Below are positions 56,701 to 64,000 of a stretch of 64,000 nt of DNA, piece by piece. Source of the stretch: Gemmatimonadales bacterium (GTDB lineage Bacteria > Gemmatimonadota > Gemmatimonadetes > Gemmatimonadales > GWC2-71-9); assembly GCA_038321865.1 (NCBI GenBank), contig JBBQFH010000002.1:64001-128000 (forward strand), given 5' to 3'. Position numbers and translations under genes: made by a program. Below the pieces are notes generated by a model. The model worked only from the letters and a program-made list of their open reading frames with translations, was not told the DNA's origin and did not search any database. Position 1 is the stretch's first letter; each line of letters starts with the position of its first letter.

Positions 56701-56978
56701 CACGCCCCACCAGCCTCGAGCCGCCGCGCCACACGCCGAAGGTGGAGCGCCGGCTCGGCCTGGAGGGCCGCCAGCACAGCGACCCCGCCGGCGAGCAGCG
56801 CGAGTGCCCAGGCCACGAGCACCCAGTACGGCGCATCGAACCAGTGCAGTCGCGCAACCCATGCGCAGCCCCCCAGCAGCAGGGCCACGGCGCCGACGGC
56901 GGTGGCCCCCCAGCCGCCTCGACTCAACCGGGCGACCGGAGCGATCAGGCGTGCCAGGGCCTCGCGCGTAGCACTCAT
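53709..56978 (-). CDS. DUF4175-like membrane-anchored coiled-coil protein
   Basis: N-terminal TM helices, Ig-like middle region (DDHAL, ATDN), long Gln-rich coiled coil, C-terminal YFRKL. Confidence 0.78.
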   Translation of the reverse strand: MSATREALARLIAPVARLSRGGWGATAVGAVALLLGGCAWVARLHWFDAPYWVLVAWALALLAGGVAVLAALQAEPALHLRRVARRLEAGGAWRSGALTALLDLPAAGGSPSLLAQADRAEAAALESRGRQAFDPVAVPIRQRAAAGAVCAALGLTAIGSAGPVHGTAAALWHPLRAWKETIAPVRIRASADAVDRGGSVSLVLDAPGRRDATLWLRAPGEAWRPERVQLDSAGHSIRIVGPLRADLYARLTSASRSSDTVLVRVRLPVFLGALSVTAHYPSYLHMDDEPLPVGGDTIVVPAGTRLDTRGQATAALRSAAWKAPGIVHRLAVTSSTFAGSLIPAASASYELLLVTADGAALGGDTVRLPVRVVADSAPRVEIPVPGADTVAPLDLRVPLVLDVRDDHALMRVTLESRRVSRLGVADSVVRESVALPAERTDRAILSYTLQLDRRGLLPGDSLRYVALATDNAPQAHVGRSREFVIRVPTATEMRAAQREASEAIGGRLDSIAARSARLERQAEDLAREQPRPQNGGAQRADNSLQFDQAKKAEAIARSQEQLVRDAESLDRALQQLQESAKQSGLTDPEFQKHLDEIRQELDRALTPELREKLAELQRSLQELDAERTQQALQDLAQVQKQLKEALERSRELFKRAALEGDLSNLAQEAKDLARAQEQWNEQATRADSAAASAEERQLAARADSLAAGLKQASEAVEDSARSGKTESASRAAADAADQMKQAQQAAASGQRPQAQAHGRKASQSLKPLGGQIDQDREAMQEEWRQEVADALDRSLAESTRLTERELGVQRQFQQGGDPAAARGEQGAVEEGVQKLLDQVRQASGRNALVSPQISAALSAAQQEMERAREAVSSAAPNSREAAERAGGAIDALNAASYELVRARGDVSGAQSGSGMAEAIKRMGELAGQQGQLGQQAGGMLPMAGSSGMASALERLGAQQRALSEQLERLRAQGNMPGAGELADEAKDLARRLEAGRLDRQTVERQERLFRRMLDAGRTLQGHEEDEKKERQSTTAAGDSISLPPALRARLQTDDGLRPPSWEQLQQLSPEERRLVMDYFRKLSEQPARP

Positions 56979-57661
56979 CCGCCGAACCCCACCGCGTAGG
57001 CGAACAGGTTCACTCCCATGCGGAGCGCGGCCTCGTGCTTTTCGGGAGGATCGTGGTGCACCTCTTCATCCTCCCATCCATCGCCGAGGTCGGACTGATA
57101 CGTGTAATAGACGACGAGCCGGCCATCGACAAAGATGCCGAAGCCCTGCGCCGGCTTGCCGTCGTGCTCGTGGATCTTGGGAACGCCCCGCGGCAAATCG
57201 TAGACGAGGTGGTAAATCGGGTGCGTCAGCGGCACTTCGACCAGCGGATGGTCTGGAAACAGGCGGGCGAGCTCCCCGCGGATCGACGCGTCCATCCCGT
57301 AGTTGTCATCTACGTGCAGGAACCCTCCCTGCTCGAGATACCGGCGCAACGTCCGAAGGTCCGCGTCCGACCAGTGGACGTTGCCGTGGCCCGTCATGTA
57401 GATGTACGGCACGTCCCAGAGGTCGTCGCCCGCCAGGGTCACGACTCTTTCCTCGCTCCCGACGCGGATCGGCGTCCGGGTCCGGATCGCCGCGAGCAGG
57501 TTGGGAAGGCTCGACGGGTTGGCGTACCAGTCACCCCCGCCCTCGTAATGCAGCCGGCCCACGGTGGCGCCCGGCGGAGCGCTCTGCCCGCCGAGTCCAA
57601 TGATCGGAGCGGCGACGGCGAAACCGCAGACGGCGGCAGCCCTGAGCCAGCCGCGCTTCAC
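56975..57661 (-). CDS. DUF4159 domain protein
   Basis: YEGGGDWYANPSSLPNL, YMTGHG, GGFLHVDDNYG, SDLGDGWED; signal peptide. Confidence 0.87.
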   Translation of the reverse strand: MKRGWLRAAAVCGFAVAAPIIGLGGQSAPPGATVGRLHYEGGGDWYANPSSLPNLLAAIRTRTPIRVGSEERVVTLAGDDLWDVPYIYMTGHGNVHWSDADLRTLRRYLEQGGFLHVDDNYGMDASIRGELARLFPDHPLVEVPLTHPIYHLVYDLPRGVPKIHEHDGKPAQGFGIFVDGRLVVYYTYQSDLGDGWEDEEVHHDPPEKHEAALRMGVNLFAYAVGFGG

Positions 57662-58494
57662 TGCATCTCCATGACGCGACGGTAAGCCTCGTTCCGCGGG
57701 ATACCCAGCATGCTGATCAACCGTTCGACCACGTCGCGGCGCGAGGTGCCCTCGCCCAGCCACCTCGCCGCCAGCTCCGCCGCTTCCGCGCTGCGGTCGG
57801 GGGCCTGAGCCGCGGCGTCCGTCCCCTTGAGCACTACGGTGAACTCGCCCCTGGGTTCCTGCGCGGTAAAATGTGCCGCAAGCTCGTCGAGCGTTCCCGC
57901 TCGGAGTTCCTCATGGAGCTTGGTCAGCTCCCGGGCGACGAATGCCTGCCGCTCGTGTCCCGCCAGCCCCGCCAGGTCTTCCAGCAGCGCAACCAGGCGG
58001 CTCGGTGCCTCGAAGAACACGACCGGCCACTCCTCCAGCGCCGCTCGACCCAGCAGCCGGCTCCGTTCGGAGCCCTTTCGAGGCACGAATCCGAGGAAGA
58101 GGTACCGGTCGCCCTCGAGGCCGCAGACCGACAGGGCCGTGGCGACCGCGGACACGCCCGGTATGGGGACGACCGCCGACCCGCGGGCGCGCACGGCGGA
58201 CACGAGATCGGCCCCGGGGTCGCTGACGACGGGCGTGCCGGCATCGGACACGAGCGCGACATCGCGCCCGTCGGCGAGGATCTGCAGGATGGCGTCGAGA
58301 CGGTGCTGGTCGGAGTGCTGGTGGAAGCTGAGCAGGCGGGGACTGGCGCCCAGATGGGTCAGCAGCCCGCGAGTCCGGCGCGTGTCCTCCGCCGCGACCA
58401 CCGGCACGCCGCGGAGAATCTCCGCGGCGCGCGGTGTCAGGTCCCCGAGGTTGCCGAGCGGGGTGGCGACGACGTAGAGCGTGCCGGTAGGCAC
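57658..58494 (-). CDS. rsmI: 16S rRNA (cytidine1402-2'-O)-methyltransferase
   Basis: LYVVATPLGNLGD, AEDTR, SDAGTPVVSDPG, RELTKLHEE. Confidence 0.95.
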   Translation of the reverse strand: MPTGTLYVVATPLGNLGDLTPRAAEILRGVPVVAAEDTRRTRGLLTHLGASPRLLSFHQHSDQHRLDAILQILADGRDVALVSDAGTPVVSDPGADLVSAVRARGSAVVPIPGVSAVATALSVCGLEGDRYLFLGFVPRKGSERSRLLGRAALEEWPVVFFEAPSRLVALLEDLAGLAGHERQAFVARELTKLHEELRAGTLDELAAHFTAQEPRGEFTVVLKGTDAAAQAPDRSAEAAELAARWLGEGTSRRDVVERLISMLGIPRNEAYRRVMEMQ

Positions 58495-58832
58495 TACCCC
58501 AGGTGCTGCTTGATCTTCCCCTCGAGCGTCGCCTTGGGCACGGCACCGACGACGGTGTCCACGTGCTGGCCGTTCTTGAAGAAGAGAATGCTGGGAATCG
58601 AGCGCACATTGAAGCGCGCGGCCGTCCGCTGGTTCGAGTCGACGTCCACCTTGGCCACCTTCACCTTGCCGGTGTGTTCGCTGGCGAGCTGGTCGAGAAT
58701 CGGGGCGACGATCTGGCACGGTCCGCACCAGGTGGCCCAGAAATCGACCAGCACGAGACCGGACGACTGCTCGATCTCGCCGGCGAACGTGGCGTCGGTC
58801 ACGTGAACGGTCTGCGTATTGGTCGCGCTCAT
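58494..58832 (-). CDS. trxA: Thioredoxin
   Basis: DFWATWCGPC, VRSIP. Confidence 0.95.
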   Translation of the reverse strand: MSATNTQTVHVTDATFAGEIEQSSGLVLVDFWATWCGPCQIVAPILDQLASEHTGKVKVAKVDVDSNQRTAARFNVRSIPSILFFKNGQHVDTVVGAVPKATLEGKIKQHLG

Positions 58833-58899
58833 CCTGTTATTCTCCATTCGTGAGGCCCGCACGGGCCTGCAAGTTAATCGTATGCGACCGGAGTCCCGA

Positions 58900-59295
58900 G
58901 TGACCGAGTCTCGTATCGCCCATGTCGGAATCGCCGTCGCTGACCTCGACGCCGCACTGGCCTTCTACCGCGACGTGCTGGGGCTGGAGCCGCCGCACCC
59001 ACCGGAGGTGGCGGACGGGGCAACGATCGTTTCGCTGCCCTTCGGCGATTCGGAAGTCGAGTTGCTCACGTCCTCGGACGAGGCAAGCCCGATCGCCAGA
59101 TTCCTGGCGCGGCGCGGGCCGGGGATCCACCACATCTGCTATCGCGTGCCCGATCTGGACGCGGCCCTGGCTGCCTGCCGGCGCGACGGCTACCGGCTCG
59201 TCGATGAAGTGCCCCGCATCGGCGCGGGCGGGCGCCGGATAGCGTTCGTACACCCCAAGGCCACCGCCGGCGTGCTCCTCGAGCTCACTGAATAG
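58900..59295 (+). CDS. mce: Methylmalonyl-CoA epimerase (VOC family)
   Basis: HVGIAV, GPGIHHIC, FVHPK, GVLLELTE. Confidence 0.9.
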   Translation: MTESRIAHVGIAVADLDAALAFYRDVLGLEPPHPPEVADGATIVSLPFGDSEVELLTSSDEASPIARFLARRGPGIHHICYRVPDLDAALAACRRDGYRLVDEVPRIGAGGRRIAFVHPKATAGVLLELTE

Positions 59296-59316
59296 AACAT
59301 CGGGCGGTTCCCGGCT

Positions 59317-59784
59317 TCAGGGTGACGTGGCACCCGAGGATTCGCAGGGGCGGCCGGGGCTTCCGGCGGCGCCCAGGTCTATCTGGTTGATGATCCAGGC
59401 GTTGCCCGACCTGACTACGGTAAACGGGACCACCTTGTCGCAGTGTTCGCGCTTGAGCTCGACCTGGAGCAGCCGTCGATCGGCCTGGCCCATGGCGGCA
59501 TCGTTGGACATGATGCGGTAGCTGGCGCCGCGGAGATACGCCTGGATCACGACGATGCGTCGCTCGTAGTCGGACGGCTCGTGCGTGACCGCCGCCGCCC
59601 CCTTGGCCGAGCCCCAGAGCTGCGCCATCTTGGCGACGTTGCTGTCGCTCACGGCACGCATGAAGTCCTGCACCGCGCGTTCGGCGGAGGGCGCCGTTTC
59701 GGGCGCCGTACTGGTCGGACGGTTGCCGCTGCAGGCGGTGAAAAGCACGATGGCGGCGGCGCCGAAATACGAGCGCTGGATCAC
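59317..59784 (-). CDS. Putative lipoprotein
   Basis: MIQRSYFGAAAIVLFTAC lipobox; GGAG RBS. Confidence 0.65.
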   Translation of the reverse strand: MIQRSYFGAAAIVLFTACSGNRPTSTAPETAPSAERAVQDFMRAVSDSNVAKMAQLWGSAKGAAAVTHEPSDYERRIVVIQAYLRGASYRIMSNDAAMGQADRRLLQVELKREHCDKVVPFTVVRSGNAWIINQIDLGAAGSPGRPCESSGATSP

Positions 59785-59843
59785 GCGGAGCTCCGGATCG
59801 AATGTGAGGCCGCGAACATAAACCTTGCGGCAGGCGCCAAACA

Positions 59844-60569
59844 ATGACCGCGTTGCGTCTGTACATCAATATCGACCACGTCGCCACGGTGCGGCAGGCC
59901 CGGCAGACCGACGAGCCCGATCCCGTGGCGGCGGCACTGGTGGCCGAGCGCGCGGGGGCCGATGGGATCACCGCCCACCTGCGGGAAGACCGGCGGCACA
60001 TTCAGGATGATGATGTGGAGCGGTTGAGCGCCGCGGTGACGACGGTGCTCAACCTGGAGCTGGCCACGAACGGGCAGATCGTGGACCTGGCGTGCCGCCT
60101 GCGGCCCTTCCAGGCGACGCTGGTTCCCGAGCGCCGCGCGGAGGTGACGACGGAAGGGGGGCTCGACCTCGCCGACCCATCGCGTATCGCGGCGGCGGCT
60201 CGCCGGCTGAGCGACGCCGGGTGCCGGGTGAGCCTGTTCATCGATCCCGATCCCACCGCCATCCGACGGGCGCATGATCTCGGCGTCGCGGCGATCGAGC
60301 TCCACACCGGACGGTACGCCCGGACCTGGCGGGAAGGCGACGCCGCGCTCAGGCAACTGACGGAGGCTGCCACGCTGGCGCGGACGCTGGGCCTGGCGGT
60401 GCATGCGGGGCACGGGCTGACCTATGGCAACGTACACGCCGTCGCCGCCATCGCTTCGATCGAGGAGCTGAACATCGGCCATAGCGTCGTCAGTCGCGCC
60501 GTGATGATCGGCATGGGGCGCGCCGTTTCCGAAATGGGCGAGCTGATTCGAGCCGCGCATCCGCGTTGA
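59844..60569 (+). CDS. pdxJ: Pyridoxine 5'-phosphate synthase
   Basis: NIDHVATVR, HLREDRRHI, TTEGG, ELHTG, HAGHGL, ELNIGH. Confidence 0.97.
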   Translation: MTALRLYINIDHVATVRQARQTDEPDPVAAALVAERAGADGITAHLREDRRHIQDDDVERLSAAVTTVLNLELATNGQIVDLACRLRPFQATLVPERRAEVTTEGGLDLADPSRIAAAARRLSDAGCRVSLFIDPDPTAIRRAHDLGVAAIELHTGRYARTWREGDAALRQLTEAATLARTLGLAVHAGHGLTYGNVHAVAAIASIEELNIGHSVVSRAVMIGMGRAVSEMGELIRAAHPR

Positions 60570-60627
60570 CCTGACCGGGCGCAACTCGTAGACTGCAGTC
60601 CGCACCCCCACCGTCCCCCGAGGCGAC

Positions 60628-62340
60628 ATGAGCAACCCGCTGGGCACCGCCGACTTCTTCGCGCTGGAGGCGGGAGAGTGCCTCGATCGGCTCGAGCAGC
60701 TGGTGACCCGACCCCAGGGGCCGCCACCCGACGAGATGCTGCGGTATGCGCGCGCGCTGCGCGGGTCGGCACTCATGGCCAGCCACTCGGCAATTGCCCG
60801 GGCCGCGGCGGCGCTCGAGGCGATCGCGCGCGGCCTTCGGGACGGCACCAGCGCGTGGGAGCCGGCGATGCGCGAACGAGCCGGACAGGCGATCGATGAA
60901 TTCCGCCTGCTGGTGCGCAACGCCCGGGAGTGGAGCTCCGCGGATGCCGTCCGCGCAAGCCGGATTGAAGCCGATCTACTCGCGCTGGCCGGCGAAGAGG
61001 CCGTCGGGACATCGCGCGCCATGCCCGCTCCGGCGGCGGAACCGGCTGAGCTCAACACCGGTGTCCGGGCGTTCGTGGCGCGGGAGGGCGCGCTGATCGC
61101 CAGTGCCCTTGACCGGGCCGCGCGGGCGCTCAGGGAAACTCCGGGCGCGCGGGAGCCGCTGTACGCGGTGCTCCGGCGGATGCAATCCCTCCGTGGCCTC
61201 GCGGAGCTGTCCGAGCTCACCCCGCTCCCCGAAATCCTCGACGGCATCGAGCTCGCCGTCGGCGACCTCACCCGGCTCTTCGCGCCGCCACCTGATGTCC
61301 ACCGGCTGCTGGAGTCCGCCGCGCAGGCGCTCACCCGGATCGCGCGCGACGTCGCGGGGAGCGGCCGTCCCGCCCCGGATCCGGACGAGGCACGGCTCTT
61401 TACCGAACAGCTGCTTCGGGCGTTCGCGGTCGAGCGCGACGTGGTTCCGATCGAGTCGCTGTACGTGGACGGCGACGCCACACCGTTCCACCGCTCCGAG
61501 AGCCAGCCACAGTTCAGCGCGCCGACCCCGCTGAGCGGCGTGGAGCTGGTGAGCTACGGCGAGCACCTTTTCCAGGCCGCCGACCGGATCGTCGACGCCG
61601 AGTCGGCGACGATCCGGGACCTGCGCCTCTACAGCCTGGTCGGAACCCTGCGCTCGGTCGCGACCGCGGGCGGCGACCCCGTCGCGGCCGCGCTCACCGT
61701 GTTCGGGCGCTCCGCGCGCGAGGCGATCGCGTCCGGAGCCGCCGCGGGCGGGGACGCCGAATTCGCCGCGATCCTTCGTGAGGCCGGGGCCCTGCTGCGG
61801 AGTCTTGCCGATGCGGCGGACCAGCATGAGGTGGGACGGCGGCTGCTCGATCTGGCCCATCGGCTCGACCAGTCGGTGGCTCAGAGTGAGGAAAAGGCTG
61901 CGGATGCCAGACCGGCCCCAGCGCCTGCGAACCTGGCAGACGCTGACATCGTACCGATCGAGTCGCTCGACTATGCGACCCCTGATGAGGCGCGACCCGC
62001 GACGATCCCGTCGCGGACGCCGGACGCGGCGGAAGTGAACAGTCTCGAGGCAACCTACGCGACATACGGCAAGCTGATTCGCGACCACGGCCTGGCGGCA
62101 TCCTCGGTGGACCAGCTCATCAGGCGCCCGCATGACGCCGGCCCTGACGGGGACACGGAGCGGGCCCCGGTCGACATCCGCGACCTCTGCTATCGCGGGC
62201 GGGCAGCGCTCGAGCGCGCCGTCGAGGTGCGTGATGCGCTGGCGGCACGGCTCTCCAGCCACAGCCCCCTTCTCCCGGGCGAACCGCTGCTCCTTGAACT
62301 GCTGGATCTCGTGCCGCTCGCGCTGGATCGGTCCGATTAG
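60628..62340 (+). CDS. Hypothetical protein with tandem His-less Hpt-like domains
   Basis: FFALEAGECLDRLE...ARALRGS resembles CheA P1/Hpt; GAGG RBS. Confidence 0.7.
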   Translation: MSNPLGTADFFALEAGECLDRLEQLVTRPQGPPPDEMLRYARALRGSALMASHSAIARAAAALEAIARGLRDGTSAWEPAMRERAGQAIDEFRLLVRNAREWSSADAVRASRIEADLLALAGEEAVGTSRAMPAPAAEPAELNTGVRAFVAREGALIASALDRAARALRETPGAREPLYAVLRRMQSLRGLAELSELTPLPEILDGIELAVGDLTRLFAPPPDVHRLLESAAQALTRIARDVAGSGRPAPDPDEARLFTEQLLRAFAVERDVVPIESLYVDGDATPFHRSESQPQFSAPTPLSGVELVSYGEHLFQAADRIVDAESATIRDLRLYSLVGTLRSVATAGGDPVAAALTVFGRSAREAIASGAAAGGDAEFAAILREAGALLRSLADAADQHEVGRRLLDLAHRLDQSVAQSEEKAADARPAPAPANLADADIVPIESLDYATPDEARPATIPSRTPDAAEVNSLEATYATYGKLIRDHGLAASSVDQLIRRPHDAGPDGDTERAPVDIRDLCYRGRAALERAVEVRDALAARLSSHSPLLPGEPLLLELLDLVPLALDRSD

Positions 62341-63367
62341 CACCGCCGCCACATCGCGCCGGCGCTGGTGGCCCCTGGTCGTCGGAACGCTGCTTTCGCT
62401 TGGCCTGCTGGTCTGGGTGCTGCGCGGCACCGACACCGCCACGCTGCTGCGTGAGATCCGGGCGACCCGGGTACTGCCACTCACCCTCGCCGTGGCCGTC
62501 GCAACTGCCACATTCCCCCTTCGCCTGATCCGGTGGCGCCTGCTGCTTCGCGCTGACGACGGCAACGGTCTTCCCGCGGTCCCGCTGTGGCACGCCATTG
62601 CGATGGGGTTCATGGCCAACAACGTGCTCCCCTTTCGCGCGGGGGAGCTGGTCCGATGCTTCGCGGCCGCTCGGCTCACGGGAGCCCGGCTCACGGCCGC
62701 GATCTCGTCGGTCGCGGTGGAGCGTGTCTTCGACGGCCTGACGGTGGTCGCGCTGCTCACGGGCGCGCTGTTGGCAGCGCACCTTCCGCCAACGATCACC
62801 GTCGGCGGCACCAGCGTTTCGATTGCGCATGCGGCCACCACGGCGGGGCTCCTTTCAGCGGCGGCCTTGCTGGTCGCGCTCGTGATCGTGATCTGGCCGG
62901 TCGCTGCCGAGCGCATCACCCGCTCCGTGCTGCCGGCTGGCAGGCTGGCGTCGGCCGTCGTGCAGGCCATCGAGGGATTCCGCCACGGACTCGCGTCGCT
63001 CCGCTCCCCCGGACGGCTCGCCGGCGTGGTGCTCTGGTCGGTGGTGATCTGGCTCGTCAACGCAGCCGCGTTCTGGATTGCGTTCGCGGCATTCGACCTC
63101 CCGGTCGGCTTCGGCGGTGCGCTGTTGCTGCAGGGGCTGCTCGTCTTCGGGATCGCGTTGCCGTCTACGCCTGGCTATATCGGGGTGTTCGAAGCCGTGA
63201 TCAGTGCGGTGCTCCTGCTCTATGGCGTCTCGGCGTCGCGCGGCGCGGCCTATGCGATCGTCTACCACGCAACGACGTTCGTGCCGATCACATTGCTCGG
63301 CGTCTGGTCGCTCGCGCGCACCGGGCTGTCGCTCGCAGAGATTCGGTCGTCTCGCCCCGATGACTGA
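62336..63367 (+). CDS. Lysylphosphatidylglycerol synthase TM-domain (UPF0104/flippase-like) protein; start uncertain
   Basis: RWRLLL, NNVLPFRAGELVR, VERVFDG, PSTPGYIGVFE. Confidence 0.85.
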   Translation: MSTAATSRRRWWPLVVGTLLSLGLLVWVLRGTDTATLLREIRATRVLPLTLAVAVATATFPLRLIRWRLLLRADDGNGLPAVPLWHAIAMGFMANNVLPFRAGELVRCFAAARLTGARLTAAISSVAVERVFDGLTVVALLTGALLAAHLPPTITVGGTSVSIAHAATTAGLLSAAALLVALVIVIWPVAAERITRSVLPAGRLASAVVQAIEGFRHGLASLRSPGRLAGVVLWSVVIWLVNAAAFWIAFAAFDLPVGFGGALLLQGLLVFGIALPSTPGYIGVFEAVISAVLLLYGVSASRGAAYAIVYHATTFVPITLLGVWSLARTGLSLAEIRSSRPDD

Positions 63368-64000
63368 TCGGATCACGATCCGGGCCCCTGCCAAGCTCAA
63401 CCTGTTCTTGCGCGTCCTCGCGCGAGAATCCGACGGCTTTCACGGGATCGAAACGGTGTACTGCCTGCTGGGGCTGGCGGATGACATCGCGGTGGAGCGA
63501 ACCGACGCCGGTGTGAGCCTGCTGTGCGACGCGACCGATCTCGGGCCGGCGGCGGACAATCTCGCCGTGCGGGCGGCGCAGCTCGTGCTCGACGCGACCG
63601 GCAATCGGTTCGGTGTCCAGATCCGGCTCACCAAGCGGATTCCCGTGGGCGCCGGCCTCGGTGGGGGGTCGAGCGACGCGGCCGCCGTCCTCGTCGCAAC
63701 CAACCAGCTGGCCAACTCCGCCGTGCCTCGCCACGAACTCCTCCAGCTCGCCGCGAGGCTGGGCAGCGACGTTCCCTTTTTCCTTTCGGGCGCGCCGCTC
63801 GCGCTCGCCTGGGGGCACGGTGAACGGATGCTTCGCCTCCCCCCGCTCCCGGCTGCACCGGTCCTGCTGGTCACCCCGCCTCGACCCATCGCAACCGCTG
63901 AAGCGTACGGATGGGTCGACGCGTCGCGCCAGACGGCAGGTCGCCGCGGTGGGCTCGCCCTCGACCTGGAGGCACTGTCCACCTGGGGTGATATCGGCCG
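63360..64000 (+). CDS. ispE: 4-(cytidine 5'-diphospho)-2-C-methyl-D-erythritol kinase (partial)
   Basis: Manual translation: MTDRITIRAPAKLNLFL...KRIPVGAGLGGGSSDAAA...LGSDVPFF; runs off the window. Confidence 0.95.
   Translation, partial: MTDRITIRAPAKLNLFLRVLARESDGFHGIETVYCLLGLADDIAVERTDAGVSLLCDATDLGPAADNLAVRAAQLVLDATGNRFGVQIRLTKRIPVGAGLGGGSSDAAAVLVATNQLANSAVPRHELLQLAARLGSDVPFFLSGAPLALAWGHGERMLRLPPLPAAPVLLVTPPRPIATAEAYGWVDASRQTAGRRGGLALDLEALSTWGDIG

Overview
High-GC bacterial window, mostly housekeeping genes: folP-ftsH-hpt-tilS, eno-ftsB, thiL, nnr, glyA, rpiB, thrS/valS, selA, purN-purH, gltX, rsmI, trxA, pdxJ, ispE and three tRNAs. Gene order and protein style suggest Gemmatimonadota (inference, not verified). 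The one clear accessory element is a ~3.3 kb integrative element (10163-13485) inserted in tRNA-Met(CAT) and bounded by a perfect 46-bp direct repeat. Its tyrosine integrase ORF reads through the attachment core, so recombination swaps the C-terminus: ...MSAVL* when integrated, ...MSAGTPPEPPAPPPVDAA* (degron-like -AA end) on the predicted excised circle. The integrase also has Glu at the first catalytic Arg position, and its N-terminus is split by a +1 frameshift at CCC-C runs. The element carries an internal tRNA-Val relic with its own arm-type repeats. Separately, exported proteins are strongly enriched in D-[S/T]-[A/I/L/V/M/T] motifs and two DUF2723 (TMEM260-like) paralogues are present, suggesting a Bacteroidota-like protein O-glycosylation system. 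All family assignments come from motif recognition by eye; no database searches were run.
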